A stretch of 63,610 bases of DNA, filler included, from Reclinomonas americana ATCC 50394 (taxonomy: Eukaryota): assembly GCA_048213135.1 (NCBI GenBank). It is 17 parts of 17 records of this genome, joined end to end, with 100 filler letters (N's around TTAATTAATTAA, not from the genome) between each part and the next. Parts side by side here need not be neighbours in the genome. Positions count along the whole stretch, not along the records: positions 37,113 to 39,365 come from AFZH01023653.1; positions 39,466 to 41,809 come from AFZH01023655.1; positions 41,910 to 43,962 come from AFZH01023656.1; positions 44,063 to 48,622 come from AFZH01023657.1; positions 48,723 to 50,935 come from AFZH01023658.1; 12 more parts are not named here. One strand, given 5' to 3'. Positions 38,808 to 48,981 of this stretch are shown piece after piece. The notes below the pieces were generated by a model. The model saw only the letters and a list, made by a program, of their open reading frames with translations. It ran no database searches and was not told where the DNA came from. The position numbers and the translations under genes are program-made. Position 1 is the stretch's first letter. Each line of letters starts with the position of its first letter.

Positions 38808-39270
38808 AGTGCATTCAATAAATGAGCAGGTAAACAAGGAGGGGAACAAAGGCAAAGACTGAGTGGCTGCGGGCGAGAAAAGCAGGCAACAGAACGAGAG
38901 GAGAGGAAAAGTGCAATCAATGAACGAGCAGGCAAACAAGGAGAGAACGAGAGAAAGCGCAGGTCACTGATCAGAGTGAGGACTAGGCAAGAGGAGAGGA
39001 CGCAATCCACGAGAGGAGACGAGAGGCAAAGCGTGGAGAGAGAAAGGACTGAGGAATGAGAAGAGCAGTGCAATCAATGAACGAGCAGGCAACCAAGGAG
39101 AGAACGAGAGAAAGAGCAGGTCACTGATCAGAGTGAGGACTGAGGAATGAGGAATTCAAGGCAAAGAACGACATGAGAGCAGTGTGCTGGAAGGCAGATG
39201 AAGTGAGGACTGAGGAATGAGGAGAGCAGTGCAATCAATGAACGAGCAGGCAACCAAGGCGAGAACGAAG
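38808..39270. repeat. Diverged ~160-bp purine-rich tandem repeat, 3-4 copies
   Basis: AGTGCAATCAATGAACGAGCAGGCAA at 38910, 39067 and 39228, with a diverged copy at 38808. Confidence 0.8.
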
Positions 39271-39465
39271 AGAAAGAGCAATCACCACTCAGTCCAGAAA
39301 CAATGCCAGGGGTCAATGCAAACACAATCATCACTCCCCTTTCTCTCTCTCTCTCTCCTACTCTCNNNNNNNNNNNNNNNNNNNNNNNNNNNNNNNNNNN
39401 NNNNNNNNNTTAATTAATTAANNNNNNNNNNNNNNNNNNNNNNNNNNNNNNNNNNNNNNNNNNNN

Positions 39466-40552
39466 CGCTTCGTCGACAGCGGCGTCGCCGCGGCGGAGCA
39501 GGACGGCGTCGAGGTGGTGATCGAGGCGACCGGCCATCCGGCCGCCGGCGCCCGCCATGCACTCGCCGCGATCACGGCCGGGCGCCATGTCGTCATGGTC
39601 AATGTCGAGGCCGATGTGCTGGTCGGTTCCGTCCTCGCAGCCATGGCCAGGGCGGCGGGCGTGGTCTATTCGATGGCCTATGGCGACCAGCCTGCGCTCG
39701 TCGCCGAGATGGTCGACTGGGCTCGTGCGACCGGCTTCACCGTCGCAGCCGCCGGCAAGGGCACGAAGTACCTCCCGGCCTATCACCGTGTCGCGCCCGA
39801 CGAGGTCTGGAGCCATTACGGTTTGACGCCGGAAGCGGCGAAAGCCGCCGGCATGAACCCGCAAATGTTCAACTCCTTTCTCGACGGCACCAAATCGGCG
39901 ATCGAGATGGCAGCGATCGCCAATGCGACCGGGCTCGACGTGCCGGCCGACGGCCTCGCCTTCCCGCCCTGCGGCGTCGATGACCTCGCGCATGTCCTGC
40001 GACCGAAAGCGGTCGGCGGCCAGCTCGATCATGACGGCATGGTCGAAGTCGTCTCCTCGCTGGAGCGCGACGGGCGGCCGGTCTTCCGCGACCTGCGCTG
40101 GGGCGTCTTATGTCGTGCTGAAGGCGCCGAATCCCTACGCCGCCGCCTGCTTCAAGCAATATGGGCTACCGACCGATTCCACCGGCCTCTATGCGGCGAT
40201 GTACAAGCCCTTCCACCTGATCGGGCTCGAACTCTCGATCTCGGTGCTAAATGCCGTGCTGCGCGGCGAGCCGACCGGCACGACCAGGAGCTGGCGCGGC
40301 GATGCAGTCGCGACCGCCAAGCGCAACCTCAAGGCCGGCGAGATGCTGGACGGGGAGGGCGGCTACACCGTCTACGGCAGACTGATGCCGGCTGCCGCCA
40401 GCCGCGCGGCGAAGGCACTGCCGATCGGGCTCGCGCACGGTATCAGGCTCAAGAGTGATGTCGCCGCCGGACAGCCGGTGACGGAAGCGGATGTAGTGCT
40501 CGACGAAAGCCAGCCGATCGTCGCGCTGCGCCGTGAGCTTCTCGAACTTTAA
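39466..40552 (+). CDS. NAD(P)-dependent oxidoreductase with C-terminal SAF domain (homoserine-dehydrogenase-like); +1 frameshift at about 40108; 5' end truncated
   Basis: VVIEATG, MVNVEAD, GDQPAL, NSFLDGTKS and LDGEGGYTVYG. RWGV|YVV is broken by one extra T. Confidence 0.85.
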
Positions 40553-40601
40553 CCAATCATCTTGAGGTCGTCTTAAACGCCATCCCGCATGGTGCCGGGC
40601 T

Positions 40602-41582
40602 ATGCCTCAACCCGGTGAGATGGCGGAGCCAGTGGACGTTACGCAGCGATCGAACCGCTTTGCTTGGGCTACGATCGGCGCGCTGCTGCTGCTCGATCTC
40701 GTCTGGATGTCGCAGACTGCGATTTCCGTCGTGCCGCTGTCGCTCGTCGGCCCTCTCGCCATCGGCGTCGGGGCTGCGCTGCTCGCCGTCTACTACCGCG
40801 TCCGGCGGCAGGAGACGCGCTTGGCGGACGCTCTCGATCTGGTCGGCCAGATGACCGCCTTCATGGTCCTCGGGGCGCTGTTTTCCTATCTTGTCGTGAC
40901 ACCGGGGCTGCCGATGCGCGATGCAGCCCTGGACGCGGCTGATCGCCTGCTCGGACTCGACTGGCTCGGCTATCTGCGCTGGCTGGACGGCCATGCCTGG
41001 TTCGCCCGCATCCTGAGCGCCGCCTATTCGAGCTTCATGCCGCAGATCATACTCCTGCTGGTCGTCCTTCCCTTCATGGGACAGGCCCAGGCGGCGCGGG
41101 TCACCGTTTTCGCCATGATCGTCGCGGGCATCGTCACCATCGCGATCTCGGGCCTCGTCCCGGCGCTCTCGACTTTTGCCCATTACGGCGTCGATCTCGC
41201 CGATTACCCGCATCTCCGCCCGGCTGCAGCCTTCATCCATCTGCCGGATTTGCTGGCGGCCCATTCCGGGCGGCCATTGCATCTCGACCTGACGAAGGCC
41301 TACGGCATCATCACCTTCCCATCCTATCATGCGGCGCTGGGATTGCTGGCGCTGCTGGGGGCATGGTCCAACCGCTGGCTGCGCTGGCCGTTTTTCCTCG
41401 TCAACATCCTGATGATCGTCGCCACCCCGATCGATGGCGGTCACTATTTCAGCGATGTGCTGGGCGGGCTGTCGGTGGCGGCAGGGAGTTATCTTCTTGC
41501 GCGCCGTCTGCTCGTGCCGGCCGATTCCGCGATGCGGTCTGGAGAGGGGCAGCTTCCGATAGGGCAGCCCACTGCATCGTGA
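40602..41582 (+). CDS. PAP2-superfamily integral membrane protein (AUR1/IPT-like)
   Basis: Several TM helices, GIITFPSYHA and DGGHYFSDVLGG. Confidence 0.85.
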   Translation: MPQPGEMAEPVDVTQRSNRFAWATIGALLLLDLVWMSQTAISVVPLSLVGPLAIGVGAALLAVYYRVRRQETRLADALDLVGQMTAFMVLGALFSYLVVTPGLPMRDAALDAADRLLGLDWLGYLRWLDGHAWFARILSAAYSSFMPQIILLLVVLPFMGQAQAARVTVFAMIVAGIVTIAISGLVPALSTFAHYGVDLADYPHLRPAAAFIHLPDLLAAHSGRPLHLDLTKAYGIITFPSYHAALGLLALLGAWSNRWLRWPFFLVNILMIVATPIDGGHYFSDVLGGLSVAAGSYLLARRLLVPADSAMRSGEGQLPIGQPTAS

Positions 41583-41688
41583 AGACCATTGCCGGCTGTA
41601 GCCGCGTTCCCCTTGAAGCCTGAGGCTGGCGCCGTCGCCTGCCGGCATTAACCTCAGGGATCGCGCCGCCTTTTTCAGAGTGGGAATC

Positions 41689-41998
41689 ATGCGCCGGTTC
41701 TATTGCTTCGCCGCCCTTCTGTTCGTCGCATCGCTGGCTTCGCCTGCCGTCGCGCAGCAGCGCTATCCGTCCAGCGCCGGCGAGCTTGCGGTCGAGACGG
41801 TGGCGAGCGNNNNNNNNNNNNNNNNNNNNNNNNNNNNNNNNNNNNNNNNNNNNTTAATTAATTAANNNNNNNNNNNNNNNNNNNNNNNNNNNNNNNNNNN
41901 NNNNNNNNNACGTCCGGCAGGGGCCGGACGGCTTCCTCTATCTGCTCACCGACGATTCAAGCGGGAAGCTTCTGCGGGTCAGACCCGCAGCGCGCTGA
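41689..41998 (+). CDS. PQQ-dependent sugar dehydrogenase (N- and C-termini on either side of a gap)
   Basis: Signal peptide followed by SSAGELAVETVAS, and C-terminal VRQGPDGFLYLLTD..GKLLRV*. Confidence 0.75.
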
Positions 41999-42001
41999 GG
42001 C

Positions 42002-42313
42002 TCACGGCCCGCAATCCCATTCGCGCTCGACGACGAAGACCTTGCGGGTCGCAAGGTGCCCGTTCGTGTCGTAGAGGTCGCCGACATAGTATTCGGTGCC
42101 AGCAGCGTCGCGCACGCTGCGGTCGACCTGCAGCGACCAGCCATAGCCGACCCGGTTTCCGGCCTTCCAGTCGCGATGGAGATTGCCCGGCGAGGCCGAG
42201 GCGAGGATGCGGGCGCGCTCGTCGCTTGGCGAGCAGGTCGGTCCGGCAAGGGCGGCACTCGACAGAGCGGCGAGGCAAAGGGCGAGCGTCATCGGCTTGA
42301 GCAAGGCAGGCAT
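42002..42313 (-). CDS. Small secreted hypothetical protein
   Basis: Signal peptide ending AALA and two Cys in the mature part. It follows the methyltransferase on the same strand. Confidence 0.65.
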   Translation of the reverse strand: MPALLKPMTLALCLAALSSAALAGPTCSPSDERARILASASPGNLHRDWKAGNRVGYGWSLQVDRSVRDAAGTEYYVGDLYDTNGHLATRKVFVVEREWDCGP

Positions 42314-42335
42314 CCTTCGGGCAGTCCGAGCAGAA

Positions 42336-43097
42336 TCAGGTGATCGCGGCGAGCCGCGTATCGAGCGACAGAACGAGGCACCAATGTGGCTCGAAATCGG
42401 CTCCGAGCGGCCAGACCTGCTCGTTGAAGATCGTCAGCATGACCGCCTGATAGCGCTCGAACCAGTGGCGCTGGCAAAGCACGAACTTGGTCGCGCCGAC
42501 AATGGTCTCCCGGTCGATGATGCACAGCGGAACGATGCCGGGAGTGGCGGCGAGATACTCCTGCACCGCGACCATCAATGTCGGGTAGCCGGGGTGCAGC
42601 ATGTCGTCGAGCACGATCAGCCCGCCCTCGGCAAGGCAGGCGGTGGCGAGCGCAAGGTCCTTGCTCAGCGCCGCACGCGAATGTTCGCCGTCGATATGGA
42701 TGAAGCGCAGCTTCTCCCCGCCGGCATGGCCGATCAGCTCGGCCGGCGACATTGCGCCGGCATCGGCCTTGATGGTGACGCGGCGCTCGGGCGTGATGCC
42801 GTGCTTCAGGCAGTTCGCCTCGAACCGGTCCTTCACCTCGGGATTGGGCCATTCGAAGATGTCGATGCCCAGCGCGATCTCGCCGGGTTCGAGCGCATGG
42901 GCCAGCGCGACGAAGAAGCGGCCCTCGAAGGCGCCGATCTCGGCGATCGGCCCCCTGATGCCTTCCTGCGTCTGCAGCCGCAGCAGCCGCGCACAGATCG
43001 CTGCCGCAAAGCGCGAGGACATGCCGACGACGCTGTCATAGCCCTCCGCGAGATAGGCCTCGACCGCGGGATGGCCGGAGTTCGGGATCGGCGCCAT
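42336..43097 (-). CDS. Class I SAM-dependent methyltransferase (Methyltransf_24-like)
   Basis: AEIGAFEGR, GIDIF, FIHIDGEHS and GGLIVLDD. Confidence 0.85.
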   Translation of the reverse strand: MAPIPNSGHPAVEAYLAEGYDSVVGMSSRFAAAICARLLRLQTQEGIRGPIAEIGAFEGRFFVALAHALEPGEIALGIDIFEWPNPEVKDRFEANCLKHGITPERRVTIKADAGAMSPAELIGHAGGEKLRFIHIDGEHSRAALSKDLALATACLAEGGLIVLDDMLHPGYPTLMVAVQEYLAATPGIVPLCIIDRETIVGATKFVLCQRHWFERYQAVMLTIFNEQVWPLGADFEPHWCLVLSLDTRLAAIT

Positions 43098-43101
43098 AGC
43101 C

Positions 43102-43458
43102 TCAGCCCTTGGCGTGGAAGATGAAGAAGGCGCCGGCGGCGATCAGTGCGAAGCCGATGGCATGGTTCCAGGTCAATTGCTCCTTCAGCCACAACACCGA
43201 GAAGCCGGCGAAGACGCAGAGCGTGATCACCTCCTGCATAGTCTTCAGCTCAGCCGCCGAATAGACGCCGGAGCCGATACGGTTGGCCGGCACGGCGAGC
43301 ATGTATTCCGGCAGCGCGATCATCCAGCTCACCATGATCGCCAGCCAGATCGCCGTGCTCTTGTAGGAGAGGTGGCCGTACCAGGCGAAGGTCATGAAGA
43401 CGTTCGAGGCGATCAGCATGCCGATCGGCAAGAGATGGGCGGTGCTGAGAGCTGGCAT
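43102..43458 (-). CDS. DMT-family small membrane protein (DUF486-like)
   Basis: SNVFMTFAWYGHL, SW.IAL.EY.L.VPANRIG and LK.MQEVITL. Confidence 0.88.
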   Translation of the reverse strand: MPALSTAHLLPIGMLIASNVFMTFAWYGHLSYKSTAIWLAIMVSWMIALPEYMLAVPANRIGSGVYSAAELKTMQEVITLCVFAGFSVLWLKEQLTWNHAIGFALIAAGAFFIFHAKG

Positions 43459-43497
43459 GGCAGGGTCCGGGATCGTGCGGTGGGTGGGAGAAACGGC

Positions 43498-43758
43498 TCA
43501 GCCGTAGCGCAGTTTCATCGTCAGGATGATCAACACCAGCGCGAGCGTCACCGTATTGGCGCCGATCAGCGGCCAGGAGGCGATCAGCACGCCATAGGCC
43601 AGCCAAAGCACGATGCCGGTGGCGAACAGTGCCTGCGTCCACAAAGAGATGCCGCTGGTGTCGCGCGTCTTGATCGTCTGCCAGGCCTGCGGCAACCAGC
43701 AGAAGGTGGTGAGCAGCGCGGCGCAGAAGCCGAGCGCTTCGATGGCGGCGGTGGACAT
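43498..43758 (-). CDS. SemiSWEET sugar transporter
   Basis: 86 aa with 3 TM helices. Motifs LTT..WLPQA..TIKTRDTSGISL, WLAYG and PLI.AN. Confidence 0.9.
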   Translation of the reverse strand: MSTAAIEALGFCAALLTTFCWLPQAWQTIKTRDTSGISLWTQALFATGIVLWLAYGVLIASWPLIGANTVTLALVLIILTMKLRYG

Positions 43759-43903
43759 GCGGGCCTGCGGCGATTCGCGCGGAAAACGGGAACGCGTAAG
43801 ACATAACCGGTTTCGGCGCTTCGTGCTCGGCAGGCGTCGCATGGTTAACCTCCGTTAACCGCAGCGCCCTAGTTTTGCGTCAATCCTGCGATTCGGTGGA
43901 CCC

Positions 43904-43962
43904 ATGCGCGCTTCGATCCTGGCCCTGCCTTTCCTGCTCCTCGCCGCGACCGGCGCGCGGGC
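43904..43962 (+). CDS. Start of a secreted protein (signal peptide only)
   Basis: MRASILALPFLLLAATGARA, cut by the contig end. Confidence 0.45.
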
Positions 43963-44062
43963 NNNNNNNNNNNNNNNNNNNNNNNNNNNNNNNNNNNNNN
44001 NNNNNNTTAATTAATTAANNNNNNNNNNNNNNNNNNNNNNNNNNNNNNNNNNNNNNNNNNNN

Positions 44063-44358
44063 GCAGGCTGGCGCAGATGCAGGCCGGCATCGAAATCAGC
44101 GTCTCCGATCGAACGGAGGTCGATGATCTGGTGGAGCTATTCGGCCCGAATGCGGAGGGCATCGCGCGGGTCGTCGCCTTCTATTGGGGTGCGAGTTTCG
44201 TCGAGGGCGCCTTTGCCTATGCCGTTGCTGCGGCACTGATCTCGGCTTGCAAGGGCATCTGCTTCGATCCGCAGGAGGATGAGCAGTTGTCGCTCGAGCA
44301 AACCGTGCAGGCGGCGGAAGGCATGCTGTCCGCGGCCCGCAAGCAGACGGCGGATTGA
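44063..44358 (+). CDS. Hypothetical protein, 3' part
   Basis: Open frame from the contig edge to TGA at 44358, convergent with the ABC gene. Confidence 0.55.
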
Positions 44359-44364
44359 GCGGCG

Positions 44365-44671
44365 CTACCGCCGCCCTGCGCCATACTGCGCCTCGTGCAG
44401 GCGCCGGTAGATCCCCGGCCGCTGCACCAGCTCCTGATGCCGGCCCTGCTCGGCGACGCCGCTCTCGTCGATGACGATGATGCGGTCGGCGTCCTGGATC
44501 GTCGCCAGGCGATGCGCGATCACCAGCGTGGTCCGGCCCTTCGACAGTTCGGCGAGCGAAGCCTGGATCGCCCGCTCGGTCTCGGTGTCGAGCGCCGAGG
44601 TCGCCTCGTCCAGGATCAGGATCGGCGGGTTCTTCAGGAACATGCGGGCGATGGCGAGGCGCTGCTTCTGC

Positions 44672-44703
<32 letters not shown>

Positions 44704-46089
44704 CACCGTGTCGAGCCCATCGGGCAAACGCGCGATCATCTCGTCGAGCCGGGCGCGCCTGGCGGCCTCGGTGATCTCCTCCTCGCTCGCGGTCAGCTTG
44801 CCATAGGCGATGTTCTCGCGGAGCGTCCCGGCGAACAGGAAGACGTCCTGCTGGACGATGCCGATCTGGCCGCGCAGCGACGCCAGCGTCATCTGGCGGA
44901 TGTCGATGCCGTCGATGGTGATGCGACCGCCCTCGACATCGTAGAAGCGCGGCAGCAGCGAGCAGATCGTGGTCTTGCCGGCCCCTGACGGCCCGACGAA
45001 GGCGATGGTCTCGCCGGCGCGGATCGAGAGGTCTATCCCCTTCAGGATCTTGCGGTCCGCCGTATAGCCGAAGCTTACATTCTCATAGGCGATGTCGCCC
45101 TTGAGGCCGGAGACGGTGATGGCGCCGGGCAGGTCGGCGATATCGGGCCGCGTATCCAGGAACTCGGTGTAGCGCCGGAAGCCGGCGATCCCCTTCGGAT
45201 AGGTCTCGATCACCGAGTTGATCTTCTCGATCGGCCGGAAGAACACCGTGACCAGCAAGAGGAAGCCGACGAAGCCGCCGGCGCTGAGGTCGCCGATCAG
45301 CACGTAATAGGCGCCGGCGATCATCACCGCCATCTGGGTCAGGCGCATGCCGAAATAGGAGAGCGAGGTCGAGGCCGCCATCAGCCGGTAGGCGTCGAGC
45401 TTGGTGCGGCGATAGCGCTGGTTGTCGACCGCGAACAGGCTGCGCTCGTGCTCCTCATTGGCGAAGGCCTGGACGACGCGGATGCCGCCGACATTCTCCT
45501 CGATGCGGGCATTGAACGAGCCGACGCTGCCGAACAGCTTCTGCCAGTTCGCCGTCATCCGCCGGCCATAGCGGCTGGTCAGCCAGGCGATCAAGGGCAC
45601 GATCGTCGCGGTGATCAGGGCGAGCTGCGGATGCACCATCAGCATCAGCGCGAAGGCGCCGATGAAGGTCATCACCGCGATGAACAGGTCTTCGGGCCCG
45701 TGATGGGCGACCTCGCCGATCTCTTCCAGGTCCTTGGTCAGGCGCCCGACGAGATGGCCGGTCTTCTGGTTGTCGAACCAGCCGAAGGAGAGCTTCTGCA
45801 GATGGTCGAACGCCTTGCGGCGCATCTCGGTCTCGATATTGATGCCGAGCATGTGGCCCCAATAGGTCACCACCACCATCAGCCCGGCATTGATGAGATA
45901 GATCGCCAGCAGGCCGAGCGAGGCCAGCACGATCAGGCTCCAGTTTCCGTTCGGCAGCAGCTGGTCGACGAACAGTTTCACCGCGATCGGGAAGCCGAGT
46001 TCGAGCAGCCCCGATACCACGGCGCAGCCGAAGTCGAGCATGAAGAGCCCGCGATGGGGACGGTAGTAGGCGAAAAAGCGGGCGAGCAT
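44365..46089 (-). CDS. Fused permease/ATPase ABC exporter
   Basis: TM domain, Walker A GPSGAGKTT, signature LSGGQKQR and Walker B ILILDEATSALD. Confidence 0.95.
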
Positions 46090-46260
46090 GGCGGCCTGTT
46101 AGCATATTGGCGAGGTGCCGGTCAGAGCGCGAGGTACGGAGCGTCACGCACGGGTTGCATTGCGGCGATCGAGCGAGGCGGTGCGACGGAGGTACCAATC
46201 TTGCTTTGTTGACGTGCGCGGGACGGAGGTCACGATCGGCTCCTTTCGGAGGGGCGGGCC

Positions 46261-46533
46261 GTGGTCAGACTGGTGTCCATTGCTGCTGCGCTGGCGTCGT
46301 GCGCCATGCTTGCCGGCGGTCCGGCATCCGCACAGGATGGTTGCAAGCAGGTCACCAGCTCCTGCTCTGCAATGTTCAAAAGCTGCGAGCAGAATTGCAA
46401 CAAGGTCAGCAACAACGCGTCCGCCTGCATCGCCCGCGTTTGCAGCCAGCCGCTCGAAGGCTGCAAGGCGAACGGTGTCTGGCGCAGCGTCCAGAGCGGC
46501 TCGGCCTGCTGGGCGACCAAGAACAGGTCCTGA
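46261..46533 (+). CDS. Small secreted Cys-rich protein
   Basis: GGAGG RBS, GTG start, signal peptide ending ASA, and 8 Cys in about 66 mature residues. Confidence 0.7.
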   Translation: MVRLVSIAAALASCAMLAGGPASAQDGCKQVTSSCSAMFKSCEQNCNKVSNNASACIARVCSQPLEGCKANGVWRSVQSGSACWATKNRS

Positions 46534-46537
46534 GCGG

Positions 46538-48496
46538 TTATCCGCCCAGCCGATATTTCACGAACCCCTCGCCGGCATCGCCGACCGGCTGCGCCTTCAG
46601 TGTCTCCGGCTTCTTGCTCACGGCGGCAGGGGAGGTCGGGAAGGTGACGTTGACGGTCGCGGGCAGCGGCTTCAACGACCAGTTGTTGTCGGCCGCCGGA
46701 TTGATCGTCTTCTTCTCGATGATGTAGCGCACGATCACGTCGCGGTTGAGGTCGGGTGCCTCCAGCACCAGCGTCGTCTTGGTGCCCGGGAAATTGCCGC
46801 CGCCGGAGGCGCGGTAATTGTTGGTGACGATGATGAACTCCGCCTTCTCGTCGATCGGCTTGCCCTGGAAGGCGAGGTCGACGATGCGGTGCGCGTCCGG
46901 CGCGACCAGCTTGCCGTCGCCGTCATAGCGCGAGGCTTGCGTCACGTCGATCTGGTAGCTGACGCCGTCGATCACGTCGAAATTGAAGGCCGGGAAGCCC
47001 GGGTTGATCAGCGGCTGCTCCTCGGTCTTGGCGACGTCGATCTGGTTGAAGATGCCGGCCGAACGCTCTAGCCATTCGCGGATCTGCGCGCCGGTGACTT
47101 TCACGACCTGCACCGTGTTCGGGTAGAGATAGATGTCGGCGACGTTCTTGATCGCGATCGGCCCGGCCGGGATGTCGGTGAAGAAGGCCGGCCCGGCCCG
47201 CCCGCCCGATTTGAACGGCGCTGCGGCCGAGAGGATCGGCAAATCCTTGTACGGCGTCTGCGCCATCAGCGGCTTGGCATAGGCGATCTGCGCCTCGGCC
47301 ACGATCTGCACCGACGGGTCGTCGGCGACGAGGGCGAAATAGCTGTTGATCGGCGCCGTCGTGGTGCCGACAGGCTCGCGCATATAGCTCAGCGTCGCTT
47401 CATGATCGGCCTTCACTGTCGCCAGCACGGCGGCCTCGACCTCGGCCTTCGACACGATCTTTCGGTCGGGCGTGCGCTCATAGATCGGCTTGGGATCGAC
47501 CTTGAAATCGGCGATGCGCCAGCGCCCGTCGCGCTTTTCCAGCTCGAGGTCGACGATGCCGACATGCGAGCCCCAGAAGCCGGGCTGGCAGGCCGGCTTG
47601 CCATGCAGCGAGCCCTTCTTGTTGTCGACGCCCTCGATGCCGTCGAAGGCCTTGCCGCCCGGGAAGACGAGGTGCTGGTGGCCGGTCAGCACGACGTCGA
47701 TGCCGTCGAGCTTGGCGAGGTGCAGCGCCGCATTCTCCTCGCCGCCCTTGCGCTCGCCGCCGGCGATGCCGGAATGGCAGAGCGCGATGGTGAGGTCGGG
47801 ATGGGCCTGAGCGATCTCCGGCAAGTATTTCTGCGCGGCATCGACGATGTCGGTCGCGGTCACCTTGCGGTCGAGATTGCCCTTGTCCCATTGCATGATC
47901 TGCGGCGGCACGAAGCCAATCACCGCGATGTTGAGGACATGCTTCGCGCCGGCCTCGTCCTCGAAGCTCTGCTCGAAGATGCGCCAGGGCTCGATCAGCG
48001 TGCCGCCACCGACCTTATCGACATTGGCGCAGACGATCGGGAACTCGGCGCGGGCGAGGCCGTGCTCGAGGAAGTCGAGCCCGTAGTTGAACTCGTGGTT
48101 GCCGAGCGTGCCGCACTGATAGGGCAGGGCATTCATCGCGGCGATCATCGGATGGGTCTCGCCGGCCTTGAGCCCCTTCTTGTAGGCGACGAAATCGCCG
48201 AGCGAGGAGCCCTGCAGGAAGTCGCCATTGTCGAAGAGAAGGCTGTTCTTCGCTTCCGCCTGCGCTGCCTTGATCAGGTTCGCTGTCTTGGCGAGGCCGA
48301 CCGTGTCATCGGGCGCGTCGCGGAAATAGTCATAGGGCACGACGTTGACGTGGAGGTCGCTGGTCTCCAGCAACCGCAGTTTGAGCTTGGCCGGCGCCTG
48401 CGCCGCCAGTGGTGTGGCCAGCGCTCCTGCTGCGGCGATGGCGGCCCCGGCCTTGAGCGTGTCACGGCGGCTGAAACGGAGGGCGCGGTCCATCAT
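46538..48496 (-). CDS. cpdB: 2',3'-cyclic-nucleotide 2'-phosphodiesterase / 3'-nucleotidase
   Basis: Tat signal SRRDTLK. Motifs ETSDLH, DNGDFLQGS, GNHEFNYG, HSG, TGHQH, YLYPNT and NNYRASGGG. Confidence 0.93.
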   Translation of the reverse strand: MMDRALRFSRRDTLKAGAAIAAAGALATPLAAQAPAKLKLRLLETSDLHVNVVPYDYFRDAPDDTVGLAKTANLIKAAQAEAKNSLLFDNGDFLQGSSLGDFVAYKKGLKAGETHPMIAAMNALPYQCGTLGNHEFNYGLDFLEHGLARAEFPIVCANVDKVGGGTLIEPWRIFEQSFEDEAGAKHVLNIAVIGFVPPQIMQWDKGNLDRKVTATDIVDAAQKYLPEIAQAHPDLTIALCHSGIAGGERKGGEENAALHLAKLDGIDVVLTGHQHLVFPGGKAFDGIEGVDNKKGSLHGKPACQPGFWGSHVGIVDLELEKRDGRWRIADFKVDPKPIYERTPDRKIVSKAEVEAAVLATVKADHEATLSYMREPVGTTTAPINSYFALVADDPSVQIVAEAQIAYAKPLMAQTPYKDLPILSAAAPFKSGGRAGPAFFTDIPAGPIAIKNVADIYLYPNTVQVVKVTGAQIREWLERSAGIFNQIDVAKTEEQPLINPGFPAFNFDVIDGVSYQIDVTQASRYDGDGKLVAPDAHRIVDLAFQGKPIDEKAEFIIVTNNYRASGGGNFPGTKTTLVLEAPDLNRDVIVRYIIEKKTINPAADNNWSLKPLPATVNVTFPTSPAAVSKKPETLKAQPVGDAGEGFVKYRLGG

Positions 48497-48722
48497 CGGC
48501 TCCTGAGCGAGGTGTTGGCAGAGACGCTAGCACCATGGCAGGACCGTGACACGGGGGAAGATGGTACTACCGGCTCACGCCCTCCATCCGCACGCGCCCG
48601 TCGGCACCTTCCGTCCAGGCCGNNNNNNNNNNNNNNNNNNNNNNNNNNNNNNNNNNNNNNNNNNNNTTAATTAATTAANNNNNNNNNNNNNNNNNNNNNN
48701 NNNNNNNNNNNNNNNNNNNNNN

Positions 48723-48757
48723 GCCACCACCAGGACTCCCTCGAGAGCGTTGGTCAT
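48723..48757 (-). CDS. Probable start of a CaiB/BaiF family III CoA-transferase
   Basis: Only MTNALEGVLVVA is visible, which matches the usual L.G..V..L start. Confidence 0.35.
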
Positions 48758-48981
48758 CAGTCAGTCACGCGCCTTCCGTTCCGCGCGAGAGATCGCTGTC
48801 AGCCCGATGAAGTCAAATAGCGTTTCGCGATGGCCGCCATAGCGCCAGCTCCATAGAAAAACCCTATGGCCTTCATCGCTTTATCCTTCTTGTCCGACTG
48901 CTGGCTCTATGCGCCCCTTTTCGCCGGACGAGGCGCCGCTCAAGAGCGCCCGATGTCATGCGAGGTTCAGGGAGGACGCTC

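Noticed and set aside
43845..43860. CtrA box upstream of the 43904 gene
   Set aside because: The TTAA half-sites are 6 nt apart, not the 7 of TTAA-N7-TTAAC. Another regulator's site remains possible.
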